Below the pieces are notes generated by a model. It did not search any database. It was not told the origin of the DNA and saw only the letters and a list, made by a program, of their open reading frames with translations. A stretch of DNA of 64,000 bases from Pseudomonadota bacterium (lineage in GTDB: Bacteria > Desulfobacterota > Binatia > Binatales > Binataceae): positions 11,955-75,954 of the forward strand of contig JAJPKP010000061.1 of the NCBI GenBank assembly GCA_021323675.1, read 5' to 3'. Shown here one piece after another: positions 27,722 through 40,111 of the stretch. Numbering within the stretch: position 1 is the first letter of the stretch; each line of letters opens with the position of its first letter. A program made the translations under genes and the position numbers.

Positions 27722-28594
27722 TCACAGGCAGGATTCGACAAAGTCGATGATCGCGTTGGCGGTTTCCGACGGGTTGTCCAGCGGCACGTGATGGAAAGCG
27801 CGCGGAATTTCCTTCATCACCGAGTGCCTGATTTTCCCGTGCATCCGGCGCGCCTGCCTTGGTCTGACGAGCGTGCTTTCCGCGCCGCGCAGGATCAGCA
27901 CCGGCATCCTGAGCTTCTTAATCTGAGGCTTGCGGGTGCGGCCTTCGACTTTTCGCCATGCGCGGGTGTTGGGATCGAGCCGAAACGCCCATTTGCCGTT
28001 GGGCAATTCTTCCGAACCCAGCATCGCGAGCCTTTCGAGGTCTTCTTTGGCCAGATAGGTTCCGGGGGGCTGAAGGCGGAACTTGCGTTTGATCGCCTCG
28101 GATGAGTCCAGTTCGGGCCGCACACCGCCCTGGGCCTTGCGGCGCCATCGCCACATCAGGCGGCGGAAGAGCGGGGGAGGTCCGTGAGGCGCATCGACGA
28201 TTACCAGCGCCTCGAGAAGATCCGGATAGGTGGTTGCGACCCACTGCGCGACCGCTCCTCCCATCGAGTGTCCGACGAGGATGACGCGTGTTCCCAGATG
28301 CTCGATCATCCCGCGCACGTCGCGCGTGTACCATTGCGGACCGTAGTGGGGAGGGTTTGCCCACGAACTGCGTCCGTGACCGCGGAAGTCCAATGCGATC
28401 GTACGCCCGTGCGGCACGAGCAGGGGCGCAACCGTGTCCCACCAATGGACGTGCGCAGCGCCGCCATGAAGCAGAAGAAAGGTGTGTTTTTCCGGGTCTC
28501 CGCCCCAGTCCAGGTAGTGAAGTTTTACGCTATCGACTTCTACGAACCGGCTGGTCGGCTCCGGCCATGCGGTAGCCGCTTGCTGATGAGCCAT
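27722..28594 (-). CDS. Alpha/beta fold hydrolase
   Basis: LHGGAAH, DFRGHGRS, GHSMGG, HHVPLDNP. Confidence 0.88.
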   Translation of the reverse strand: MAHQQAATAWPEPTSRFVEVDSVKLHYLDWGGDPEKHTFLLLHGGAAHVHWWDTVAPLLVPHGRTIALDFRGHGRSSWANPPHYGPQWYTRDVRGMIEHLGTRVILVGHSMGGAVAQWVATTYPDLLEALVIVDAPHGPPPLFRRLMWRWRRKAQGGVRPELDSSEAIKRKFRLQPPGTYLAKEDLERLAMLGSEELPNGKWAFRLDPNTRAWRKVEGRTRKPQIKKLRMPVLILRGAESTLVRPRQARRMHGKIRHSVMKEIPRAFHHVPLDNPSETANAIIDFVESCL

Positions 28595-28716
28595 GACGCT
28601 AAATCCTAATGGAGGCAGGCAAGCGAGCAAAGAATGCGTCCACTGGCGGGCGTGCCCGCGTGCATGGTAACAAACCGATCGGATCGCGCAGCGCGCGATC
28701 CGACTGGAGCAATACG

Positions 28717-29505
28717 ATGAGCTTGAGACTTGAAGGAAAGAACGCGTTGATTACCGGCGGCGCCAGCGGCATCGGCCGCGCCACCGCGGTCCGTTTCGCC
28801 GAGGAAGGCGCCAACGTGTTTGTCGCCGATCGCCATCTCGCGGCAGCCGAGGAGACCGCGGCCAAGGTGCGCGCGCTCGGCCGCAAGGCCGTCGCTCACC
28901 AGGTCGATACCAGTGCGGAAAAGGAAGTCGCCGCGATGGTCGATCGATGCGTGGCGGAGCTGGGCGGCGTGGATGTGCTGGTCGCGGCGGCAGGAATCTC
29001 TCACGCCCGCTACGGGGAAGAGGGGAATCCCGCGATGGGACCGCTTGCGGAGAAGCCGCTGGCAGACTGGAAGAAAGTGCTGAGCGTCAATCTCGACGGC
29101 GTCTTTCTTACCGACAGGGAGGTCGCGCGCGTGATGATCAAGGCCGGCAAGGGCGGCCGAATCATCAATATCTCCTCCGGCGCCGCCAAGCTTCCGACGC
29201 CCGGTGTCGGCGAATATTCAGTGAGCAAGGCGGGCGTCTGGATGTTGACCAAGGTGCTTGCGGTCGAGCTGGCGCCCTATGGAATCACCGCCAACGCCAT
29301 CGGCCCGGGCTTCATCAACACTCCGATGACGGCGAATATCCAGCAGGCCGAAGGCTTCATGAAACAGCTCATCGAGCGAGTGCCGCTCAAGAAGATGGGC
29401 GAGCCCATCGATGTCGCGAACACGGCGCTGTTTCTGGCGAGCGAGGAGGGGCGTTACTACACCGGATCGATACTCCATCCTGATGGCGGAGTAGTGATGC
29501 AGTGA
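28717..29505 (+). CDS. SDR family oxidoreductase
   Basis: TGGASGIG, YSVSK, GPGFINTPM. Confidence 0.92.
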   Translation: MSLRLEGKNALITGGASGIGRATAVRFAEEGANVFVADRHLAAAEETAAKVRALGRKAVAHQVDTSAEKEVAAMVDRCVAELGGVDVLVAAAGISHARYGEEGNPAMGPLAEKPLADWKKVLSVNLDGVFLTDREVARVMIKAGKGGRIINISSGAAKLPTPGVGEYSVSKAGVWMLTKVLAVELAPYGITANAIGPGFINTPMTANIQQAEGFMKQLIERVPLKKMGEPIDVANTALFLASEEGRYYTGSILHPDGGVVMQ

Positions 29506-29972
29506 GTCTGGACCCGAGCGGGCTGGCGCGGGCATCCGGCATCGTGTCGCGACTTGCGGCCGCGATGCTCGCGCTGGCGGTCGCCATCTGCATCGCGGCG
29601 GGCGAAGCCGCCGCGCAGGACAGCAATCCTCCGATGGCGGGCGGTCCGGCCGAGGCCGGGGCGCCCGGAGCGAATTCGTCGCCATCGATCGATTTTCCGC
29701 ATCTTCCGCGGATGGTGGTCGAAGCGGTTCCATCTTACGGCATCGCGCCGCTGACCGTGGGGTTTATGGTCTCGAACGCGAATCCGCTTTCGAGCCCGTT
29801 TGTCAGCTATCGATGGACTTTTGGTGATGGCCAGTTTTCGACGCTGCCGCCGACGCTGTTCTTTCACACCTACACAAAACCCGGCAGCTACGTCATCGAG
29901 GTGACCGGAACAACCGCGGACGGCCTGAATTCAACCGGCGTGGCCGGGGTGGTCGTGCGTGCCGGTCCCTGA
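29502..29972 (+). CDS. Secreted PKD-domain protein
   Basis: Signal peptide; APLTV.F...YRWTFGDG...HTYTKPGSY. Confidence 0.8.
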   Translation: MSLDPSGLARASGIVSRLAAAMLALAVAICIAAGEAAAQDSNPPMAGGPAEAGAPGANSSPSIDFPHLPRMVVEAVPSYGIAPLTVGFMVSNANPLSSPFVSYRWTFGDGQFSTLPPTLFFHTYTKPGSYVIEVTGTTADGLNSTGVAGVVVRAGP

Positions 29973-30035
29973 TCGTCCATATGCGGTCTGCCGGCATTGA
30001 CAGCGGGGACGGTTCGCTGAGTATGGTGTAGCGCC

Positions 30036-30524
30036 ATGACGGCACATTCCCTTCCTGTCCGGCTGTTCCCGCTTATCTTCGTTTTCGCGCTCGCAGCGGC
30101 CTCATGCCAGTCGGCGGCACTTCAGGCGAACCAGACCCAGATCGAGCAGCAACAGGAGCAGATCGAGCAGATGCAGAGGGAGATCGCGACGCTCAAGGCG
30201 CAGCAGAGCTACGCGACCCCGATGCCGCCGCCGGGTTCCTGCGATCGCGATGTCATGGCGAAAGCCACGCGGCAGGGCGGAGAAAAGTACGCATCCGGCG
30301 ACTACTCGAAGGCGCTCGGCTACTATCAGGACGCATTGTCGGCCTGCCCCGGAGACGCGCGAGCCGAGTTGAACGTCGGGCGCGCATATGAGGCGCTGAA
30401 CGATCGCGAGCACGCGCTTGACTACTATCAACGCGCGGCATCGAGTGGCGACCCAGCCGAAAAAGATGCCGAGACCGAGGCGCATGCGGACCTGGATCGT
30501 CTGGGCGGGGCACTCGGTAGATAG
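30036..30524 (+). CDS. TPR-containing lipoprotein with a coiled coil
   Basis: Lipobox AAASC; Q-rich coil; GDYSKALGYYQDAL and NVGRAYEAL TPR repeats. Confidence 0.78.
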   Translation: MTAHSLPVRLFPLIFVFALAAASCQSAALQANQTQIEQQQEQIEQMQREIATLKAQQSYATPMPPPGSCDRDVMAKATRQGGEKYASGDYSKALGYYQDALSACPGDARAELNVGRAYEALNDREHALDYYQRAASSGDPAEKDAETEAHADLDRLGGALGR

Positions 30525-30682
30525 ACCCTCCGCTCTTCCATTGCGGCCATCGTTAAGAAATTGGGAACCAAGTTCGCGGGTTTGTTGTTAACCGCGTTAG
30601 GGATGGTCTCATCGCGGTCGATGAGCGAACCTGGCGGCGCGGTTTTCGCCCTGGGTTCGTATTCCTCCCGGCGGAATAAGGA

Positions 30683-31138
30683 ATGGGCGGCACGGTACAG
30701 TACGGATCAGACGCGATCCTCGACGGCGTCATCGGGTTGCATCAGATACTTCCGAGCCAGTTTTATGACAATTCCGGGGGGCATCGCCTGACCGGCGAGC
30801 AGCGGTTGATGCTCGCGTTGCTGGCGGATGCCATAAACGTGTATCAGCAGGGGGTCACATCGCGCAGCACGCGCAAGCGGCTCCTTTACGTTGATTCAGA
30901 GCGATGGATAATGGCTGAGAGCCCCAATCGGTACTGCTTCAGCTTCGAGAATGTTTGCGAATCGCTCGGAATCAACCCGGCCGTACTGCGGCGGCGGATG
31001 ATCGCATGGAAGCATGCGATGCGACGCGGCTCGGCCGCGGCCAACACCAGCCAGCATCTCCGGCTCAAAATAACGCCTCGAGCCAAAGGGATGAGCCAGC
31101 GGCGCCATCGTTCCCGATCGCGGCGTATCGCGGTCTGA
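30683..31138 (+). CDS. Hypothetical protein, basic C-terminus, possible nucleic-acid binding
   Basis: AAGGA RBS; LPSQFY...EQRLMLALLADAI...WI...FSFENVCESLGINP motif. Confidence 0.7.
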   Translation: MGGTVQYGSDAILDGVIGLHQILPSQFYDNSGGHRLTGEQRLMLALLADAINVYQQGVTSRSTRKRLLYVDSERWIMAESPNRYCFSFENVCESLGINPAVLRRRMIAWKHAMRRGSAAANTSQHLRLKITPRAKGMSQRRHRSRSRRIAV

Positions 31139-31318
31139 CGCACGGCGGTCCGGCATCCCGGCGGAATCTGGCCTGGTTGCTGGATTTAGCCGCCCGGTCG
31201 TTATATTCATCGCATGCGGCCCGGTTGTGGCGGAGGTTTCGCCGCATCGGATCGTTTGACTCGTCCCCGCTCGCCGTCAAATCGACGCGGCCCGGCCGGT
31301 GCAAAGTCCAGCTAAGGA

Positions 31319-32107
31319 GTGAACAGGTTGAAGGATCCATTCAGCGTTGAAGACAAAGTAACGATCGTAACCGGCGGAGGGACGGGTATCGGCGAGTCTA
31401 TCGCCAAGGAATTCGCCCAGCGTGGCGCGCCGGTGCTTATCGCAAGCCGCAAGGTCGAAAATCTCGAGAAGGTCCGCGACGAAATTCGCAAAGCGGGTGG
31501 CAAGTGCGAGATCGCGCAGTGCGATGTTCGCGATGCGGCCCAGTGCGATGCGATGGTGGCCGAGGCCGTAAAGCACTTCGGCCGGCTCGATGTGCTCATC
31601 AACAACCACGGCGCCAGCATCACCACTCCCAGCCTGAACCTCTCGCCGAACGGATGGCGCGCGGTGGTCGGAATAAATCTCGACGGGGTGTTCTTTTGCT
31701 CTCGCGCCGCGGCGCGCCAGTTTATGGCGCAGAAGTCCGGCGGCTCGATCATCAATATTTCCTCGACCGCCGGCGTGCATGGATCGCCCGAGATGCTTCC
31801 GTACGGAGCCTCCAAGGCGGGCGTCATCAATCTGACCGTCTCTCACGCGGGCGAGTGGGGCTCTCACGGTATCCGCGTCAATTGCATCGCCCCCGGCCCT
31901 ATCGATACCGAAGGGGCGGCGCCGCGGGTATGGCCGAATCCGAAGGTCAAGGAGATGGTCGCGCGGTCGCGGGCTCTGCAGCGGTTTGGGCGCGTGGAAG
32001 AGATCGCTTACCCGTGTATTTTCCTGGCCTCGGAGGCGGCGAGCTACGTGACGGGAGCGCTGTTGATTGTCGATGGCGGCCAGGCCCCCCGCAACGTCGA
32101 AGGATAA
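31319..32107 (+). CDS. SDR family oxidoreductase (dienoyl-CoA reductase-like)
   Basis: TGGGTGIG, YGASKAG, IAPGPIDT. Confidence 0.9.
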   Translation: MNRLKDPFSVEDKVTIVTGGGTGIGESIAKEFAQRGAPVLIASRKVENLEKVRDEIRKAGGKCEIAQCDVRDAAQCDAMVAEAVKHFGRLDVLINNHGASITTPSLNLSPNGWRAVVGINLDGVFFCSRAAARQFMAQKSGGSIINISSTAGVHGSPEMLPYGASKAGVINLTVSHAGEWGSHGIRVNCIAPGPIDTEGAAPRVWPNPKVKEMVARSRALQRFGRVEEIAYPCIFLASEAASYVTGALLIVDGGQAPRNVEG

Positions 32108-32259
32108 GCGGGAGGGAGACACCATCGTCCGGCGCGCGATGCTTGTGGCGCGCGGCCCGGTCGTGGTACGGCAATTCCGGGACGTTCCGGAAGAGGAGGG
32201 TGCAAATCCGCGCCTTTCGGAAGCCTTGGTTGTACACTTTCAAATGAGAGGAACGCAGG

Positions 32260-32718
32260 ATGGCCGACAAAAGCATCATCGGCAAGACGGGCAAACCGTT
32301 CAAAATGCCTATCGAATGGAGCAAGGTGCGCGAGTTTGCGCGTGCGATAAAAGACCCGGATCCAGTCTACTTCGACCCTGAAAAGGCAAAGAAGGAGTTG
32401 GGGGGAATTCCGGTTCCGGTCACCTTCCTGCAGACCAGCGCCTTCTGGACCGAGGCCGACTCGAGCCCCGGATTCGGCGGCTTCGATCTGCGCCGCATCC
32501 TGCACGGTGAGCAGGAGTTCGAATTTTTCAAGCCGATCTTCGTGGGCGACGTACTGACCGGCGTGAGCAAGGTCGCCGATGTTTACGAGAAAGAGGGCGG
32601 CCGCGGCGGAAAGATGACGTTTCTTGTCACCGAGATTGAATATACGAACCAGCGCGGCGAGAAGGTCGCGGTATCGCGCTCCACGCTGATCGAGACGGGC
32701 CAGGCGGTCAAGGCGTAG
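32260..32718 (+). CDS. MaoC/FAS1-like dehydratase N-terminal domain protein
   Basis: KVREFARAI.D, LHGEQEFEF. Confidence 0.88.
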   Translation: MADKSIIGKTGKPFKMPIEWSKVREFARAIKDPDPVYFDPEKAKKELGGIPVPVTFLQTSAFWTEADSSPGFGGFDLRRILHGEQEFEFFKPIFVGDVLTGVSKVADVYEKEGGRGGKMTFLVTEIEYTNQRGEKVAVSRSTLIETGQAVKA

Positions 32719-32746
32719 TGACCGTCCAACGTTCGGAGAAAGCATC

Positions 32747-33169
32747 ATGGCAGCAAAACTGAAATACGATTCGGTGAAGGTGGGCGACGAAATTCCGAAG
32801 TTCGTGGTCGAGGGGGTTTCCCGGCCCGACTTTGTTCGATACGCGGGCGCATCGGGCGATTTCGTTCCTCTCCACTACGATCAAACGTTCGTTGAGGCGG
32901 CGGGTATCCCCACCGTATTCGCGCAGGGAATGTTCACGGCCGGTCTGCTCTCGAAAGCGTTGACGGATTGGGTGGGAATCGGCAACGTGCGCCAGTTCAA
33001 GGTGCGTTTTGCGACCCGGGTGTGGCCGGGCGACACGGTGACCTGCACCGGCAAGGTTACCAACAAGCTGGAGAAGGACGGCGAAAAGCTCATCGAAGGC
33101 GACCTTGTAGTCGTCAACCAGAAGGGCGAGCCGGCCATTCGCGGTTCCTTCCGCGCGGCGGCCGGGTAG
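32747..33169 (+). CDS. MaoC family dehydratase
   Basis: YAGASGDFVPLHYD...FAQGM hydratase motif. Confidence 0.9.
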   Translation: MAAKLKYDSVKVGDEIPKFVVEGVSRPDFVRYAGASGDFVPLHYDQTFVEAAGIPTVFAQGMFTAGLLSKALTDWVGIGNVRQFKVRFATRVWPGDTVTCTGKVTNKLEKDGEKLIEGDLVVVNQKGEPAIRGSFRAAAG

Positions 33170-33269
33170 CCGCTGCTACCGGGCCTCAGTGCCCTCATTT
33201 GATTGTTGATTGTCGGCGGGCGGGTGGTCTTTCGGCCATCCGCCCGCCCGCGCTAAACAAGATCATACG

Positions 33270-34720
33270 ATGTCGGAACCGCGTTACATCATCATTCACG
33301 GCCATTTCTATCAGCCGCCGCGGGAGAGTCCCTGGACCGGCCTTATCAGTCCGGAACCCGGCGCGGCGCCGTTTCCCAACTGGAACGAGCGCATCCTGAG
33401 CGAGTGCTACACGGCCAATGCCCATGCGCATACGATGGAGGGCACGGTCGTTCACGTCCGCAACAACTACGAAACGATCAACTTCGACCTCGGACCCACG
33501 CTTGCGGTCTGGATGCAGGGGCATGGCAAGGCGGCGTATCGCGCGATGCTGCGTGGCGACGCGCTGTCTCGCGAGCGCCTGAGCGGTCACGGCAACGCGA
33601 TCGCGCAGGCGTACAACCATTCGATTCTGCCACTTCTGTCCGCACGCGACCGCGAACTGCAGATAGCATGGGGCATCGAAGACTTCGTTTTCCGGTTCGA
33701 TCGCCGTCCGATCGGGATGTGGCTGCCCGAGTGCGCTGCAGATGATGACACGCTTGCGGCGGTCGCCGCGGCAGGAATCAAGTTCGTTCTCCTCGGTCCG
33801 GAGCAGGGGCAATATCAGGGTGAGGATTCCGGTACTCGCGCCGCGGGTCCGTTTCTATGGAGCAATGGCGCGGCCGAGGTTGCGGTCTTCCGCTTCGATC
33901 GCGAGATGTCCGGGACGGTTTCGTTTGGCGAAGGACTCGACGATGGCGCCCGGCTTGCCGAATGGATAGCTGCCACCGCGCTGGCGCTGCCCGAAGGGTC
34001 CGCGCTGATGATTGCGACCGACGGAGAAACCTTCGGACATCACAAGAAGAAGGGAGCCGCGGAACTGGCGCGCGCGCTGATCCTGCTGCAGCGTCGTCAC
34101 GACGTAGTTGTCACCAATTGCGAGCAATATCTGGCCGAGCACGGGGCGCGCGGGAAATTCTCCATCAATGGCGCGAGTTCGTGGAGCTGCGCGCATGGCG
34201 TCGAGCGATGGCGATCGGAGTGCGGATGCCGCCTCGAAGCCGGGACGCGCCAGGACTGGCGCCTGCCGCTGCGCGAAGCGATGGAGTTCGTCAACAACCA
34301 CGGCGCGGCGGTGTACGACCGGTTCGCTCCCGGGCTGGTCAAAGACCATCAGGGCGCGCTGCGCCGGGCAATTCGATTGCTGATCGATCCGAATCCCGCC
34401 GTGCACGAGGAATTCTTCATCAAGTTCGGCGTCGCCGGCGAAGTGTCGCGTGAACGGCTGCTGCGTCTGTTCGATATGGCGCGCTGCGGGCAGGCATCGC
34501 TGACTAGCTGTGCATGGTTCTTTGATGATTTTGGCGGGCCGGAGGGACGCGTGGCGCTGCGCTGGGCGGCTCGGGCGGTGGAACTTGCGGCCGAGCTCGC
34601 CCCAAGCATCGAGAGCCAGCTTCTGGAGCGGCTGCGGGAGATCCGGTCGAATCGGCACGAAATCGGCGACGCGGCTACCCTGTACTTGAGCCTAAAAACG
34701 CGCGAAGCGCGCGGGAGGGT

Positions 34721-34724
<4 letters not shown>
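33270..34724 (+). CDS. GH57-like glycoside hydrolase (DUF3536-type, short form)
   Basis: [57 protein letters not shown]. Confidence 0.85.
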
Positions 34725-36685
<1,961 letters not shown>

Positions 36686-36705
36686 GACGGCGCGCGGTCG
36701 CGCGG

Positions 36706-37956
36706 TTATCCCAAAAACCGCTTGAGAAACGAAAGGCAGCGATGCCAGGAATCCAGGTTGGCGATGTGATTCGCCTCCGGACTGCCGCCAAGCGCCATCG
36801 TGACTCCGGTGAGCGGGTGCGAAATCTCGCTGATTACTGGACTGTACGGGAAGCGGATGAAATGGCCGGCGCCGGCGTAGCTTACGTGCTCGTACGGATG
36901 AGGGAAGTCGCGATCGATCATCCGCTGCACGGCCAGGTCGGCGAGATTCAGCGACGGCCACATCTGGTCGTCCGTTCCTGAGAACATCAGAACCGGCCCG
37001 CCGATCCTTTCGACCGCGATCGACGCTCGCGCGACGCTGTCGCGGTTCGCGATCGCTTCGGCAAACCACGATCTGAGGGCGACCGGGCGCCTGCTCCATA
37101 GGGAAGGATCAGGCGGCGGGGCCTCCATGAATTCAACCGCTTTGCCGCCTGAGGTCCATGCCGGCCTGACGGGTCCCGGCGAGCCAATTCCGGGCCATAC
37201 GACGCCGCTCGGCACGTATGCGACCACGGCCTTTATCTCCTCGAAGGTTGCGCCGAGCAGAAGCGCAAGTTCGCCGCCGCGCGATGCGCCAATCACCGCT
37301 ATGCGGTTGGCATCGACAGCCGGATTTCGTTTCATCCAGGCGATCGCCCGTTGGAAGTATTCGAGAGGAATCTCGATAAGCTCCTGCGGCAATCCGGGCA
37401 TCAGGAAATAACCAAGCGATAAAACCGCGTAGCCATGGCTTGCCAGCAGGGCAGGTTGATCCTCGGCGAGTCCACCGCCGGATCCGCTGAGCATGATGAT
37501 ACCGGGACGCGGGCCCGTCTCGTGGCGGAAGAACGTTGCGACGAGACCCTCATCGCGCAGGTCTTCGCGAATCACGCCGCTTACGAGCATCCGGCGGACC
37601 AGATCGACCGAAGCCGCTTCGGCGCCATCTATTTCCGCCGAAAGCCGTACGCGGATGGCGTCAGGACGCGTAACGGCGAAGGCTGTCCGCTCGGCAACAT
37701 CGCGCGCGAGCTGCATCGACCATAGCAAGCCGTTGGGGTCGGAATTCTGATACGTGCCGGACTCGGGTGGAACGATGGAGAGGTCCACGACGCCATCGGG
37801 GTTGGCAAGGAATGCCGCGTCGGAGTTCCAGTGATGGTTTCGCCCGTCTATCGCCGAGGCTCTGAGGGTGATCCGGCGCAAAGCAGGGAAGCCGCTGAGC
37901 CGTATGCGGATCGGCTCGTCGTACATCGCGTCCAGCGGCGCCGCTTCAATCTTCAT
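36706..37956 (-). CDS. Acyl-CoA thioesterase / BAAT family protein
   Basis: GLLWSM N-domain, GASRGGE nucleophile, DDQMWPS, YAGAGH. Confidence 0.88.
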   Translation of the reverse strand: MKIEAAPLDAMYDEPIRIRLSGFPALRRITLRASAIDGRNHHWNSDAAFLANPDGVVDLSIVPPESGTYQNSDPNGLLWSMQLARDVAERTAFAVTRPDAIRVRLSAEIDGAEAASVDLVRRMLVSGVIREDLRDEGLVATFFRHETGPRPGIIMLSGSGGGLAEDQPALLASHGYAVLSLGYFLMPGLPQELIEIPLEYFQRAIAWMKRNPAVDANRIAVIGASRGGELALLLGATFEEIKAVVAYVPSGVVWPGIGSPGPVRPAWTSGGKAVEFMEAPPPDPSLWSRRPVALRSWFAEAIANRDSVARASIAVERIGGPVLMFSGTDDQMWPSLNLADLAVQRMIDRDFPHPYEHVSYAGAGHFIRFPYSPVISEISHPLTGVTMALGGSPEANHIANLDSWHRCLSFLKRFLG

Positions 37957-38045
37957 CGATCCCGCATATCACAGGCCGAAGTGGGCTCAAACCCGCGGGA
38001 CGATTTGCCGGCGGGACCTCTGCAGGGCGGGAAAGAATACCCACC

Positions 38046-38107
38046 TTGCCGCCGTGGCGCGGTCGGGGTATCCTAGGGCATCCGAGTGGGCCTGTGCCCA
38101 CTTTTTT
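38046..38107 (+). promoter_or_regulatory. rimP operon promoter and leader hairpin (attenuator-like)
   Basis: TTGCCG-N17-TATCCT; AGTGGGC-CTGT-GCCCACT-TTTTT at 38085-38107, as commonly seen upstream of rimP. Confidence 0.72.
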
Positions 38108-38161
38108 GTTGGCGTCATCGGGAAACATTGGCCTATTTGGCTGCGGGACGAAGCGCAAACG

Positions 38162-38647
38162 ATGATTGTAGTAGCGCTCCATCCGGTCGCAGCGAAGGTG
38201 GCGGAACTGCTGGAACCCCACATCGAGCGTCAGGGCTATGAACTGATCTCGGTCGAATACCGCAAGGGCACGCGCAGTTCCCTGCTGCGGCTGCTGGTGG
38301 ACAAGCCGGGCGGCGGGATCGGCCTTGATGATTTGGAGAAGCTGAGCCCGGTCCTCGGAGATTTGCTCGACGTATATGACCCTATCGAGGGTCGGTACAC
38401 GCTGGAGGTTTCGTCGCCGGGGTTGAACCGGCCGCTCCGCAAGCTGGAACATTTCGAGGCGGTGCGCGGCGAGCGGGTGAAGGTTCGGACCAATCGCGCG
38501 CACGATGGCCAGAAGTCCTTCACGGGCAGGCTGGTGGAGGTCGGTCCCTCGGGAATCGAATTGGACGACGAATCGAGCCGCAAGCGCGTAACGATCGCGT
38601 TCGCGGACATGCAGGAAGCCAACTACGAGTACGATTTTGGCGATTGA
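38162..38647 (+). CDS. rimP: Ribosome maturation factor RimP
   Basis: LRLLVDKPGG, YTLEVSSPGLNRPL; synteny. Confidence 0.94.
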   Translation: MIVVALHPVAAKVAELLEPHIERQGYELISVEYRKGTRSSLLRLLVDKPGGGIGLDDLEKLSPVLGDLLDVYDPIEGRYTLEVSSPGLNRPLRKLEHFEAVRGERVKVRTNRAHDGQKSFTGRLVEVGPSGIELDDESSRKRVTIAFADMQEANYEYDFGD

Positions 38648-38745
38648 ACTAAAAACTGGCGTCAATGCCCGCGGAGCGATTGCTCCAGCCGGCGTTTGCA
38701 TCGCGCAGTGGACTGGCGGAAGCGGTTACGCTTCAGGGAGGCGCT

Positions 38746-40107
38746 ATGCAGGTTGATCTGAATCGGGTCATCGAGCAGGTCTCCAAGGAAAAAGGCATCG
38801 ACAAATCGATCGTGATCAACGCGGTTGAGGAGATGATGCATTCGGCGGCGCGCCGGACGTTCGGCGCCGAACGCAACATCGAGTCGCGCTACAACAACGA
38901 ACTCGGCGAGATCGAGCTGTTCGAGATCAAAACCGTCGTCGAGAACGTGACCAATCCCTCGGCGGAGGCGACGCTCGAGGAGGCGCACGCCAAGTACGAT
39001 CCCGAGGCCCAGGTCGGTGACGAAATTCTGATCAAACTCGACACCGCCACGATGGGGCGCATCGCGGCGCAGGCGGCGAAGCAGAACCTCATCCAGCATA
39101 TTCGCGACGCCGAGCGCAAACAGATTTACAACGAGTTCAAGGATCGCAAAGGCGAGATCATCTCCGGAATCGTCCAACGCTTCGAGCGCAAGAACATGAT
39201 CGTCAACCTCGGACGCACCGAGGCGATCCTGCCCGAGAAGGAACAGATTCCGCACGAGCGCTACCGCCAGGGCGATCGCATCCGCGCGCTTATCCTTGAT
39301 GTTGACCTGTCGGAAAAGGGCCTTTCGATCGTGCTCTCGCGCACTTCCAACGACTTCCTGATCGGGTTGTTCACCCAGGAAGTGCCCGAGATGTACGAAG
39401 GCATCGTCGAGATCCGGCAATGCGCGCGCGAGCCGGGCGGACGCGCCAAGGTCGCCGTTTACTCGAAAGATTCCGACGTGGACCCGGTCGGCGCGTGCGT
39501 CGGCATGAAGGGCACCCGCGTCCAGGCGGTGGTTCAGGAACTGCGCGGAGAAAAGATCGATATCGTTCCGTGGACCGACGATCAGGCCGAACTGGTTTGC
39601 CGCGCGCTGGCGCCGGCCAAGGTCTCCAAGGTGATCATCGATGAGGACGAGCACGCGATGGAGGTGATCGTCCCCGACGATCAGCTCTCGCTCGCGATCG
39701 GCAAGCGCGGCCAGAACGTTCGCCTCGCGCATCGGCTCACCGGATGGAAACTCGACGTGCGCAGCGAGTCCGAAGCCGAAGAAGAGGCGCGAGCCGCGCG
39801 CGCATCGCTGAACGCGATTCCCGGCATCGGCGATATCAACGCCGAGCTTCTCTTCCAATGGGGCTTCCGTTCCGCGGAACAATTGGCGGAAGCCGACGAA
39901 GAGAACTTCGATGTCGAAGGAATAAGCCCCGAACGAGCCCGGCAGATCATCGCCGCCGCCCGCGCGCATGTCGCGGAGAAGCGCAGACAGGAAGAAGCGC
40001 GCGCGGCCGCGGAAGCCGAAGCAGACAAGGCGCGTGCAGCCGAAGCCGCGGAGGCGGCTGTCGAAGCGGCCGGCAAGGAGCCGGAAACCGCGGAACAAAA
40101 GTCCTGA
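38746..40107 (+). CDS. nusA: Transcription termination/antitermination factor NusA
   Basis: GRIAAQAAKQ, REPGGRAK, GACVGMKG, AIGKRGQNVRLA. Confidence 0.96.
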   Translation: MQVDLNRVIEQVSKEKGIDKSIVINAVEEMMHSAARRTFGAERNIESRYNNELGEIELFEIKTVVENVTNPSAEATLEEAHAKYDPEAQVGDEILIKLDTATMGRIAAQAAKQNLIQHIRDAERKQIYNEFKDRKGEIISGIVQRFERKNMIVNLGRTEAILPEKEQIPHERYRQGDRIRALILDVDLSEKGLSIVLSRTSNDFLIGLFTQEVPEMYEGIVEIRQCAREPGGRAKVAVYSKDSDVDPVGACVGMKGTRVQAVVQELRGEKIDIVPWTDDQAELVCRALAPAKVSKVIIDEDEHAMEVIVPDDQLSLAIGKRGQNVRLAHRLTGWKLDVRSESEAEEEARAARASLNAIPGIGDINAELLFQWGFRSAEQLAEADEENFDVEGISPERARQIIAAARAHVAEKRRQEEARAAAEAEADKARAAEAAEAAVEAAGKEPETAEQKS

Positions 40108-40111
40108 GGGG

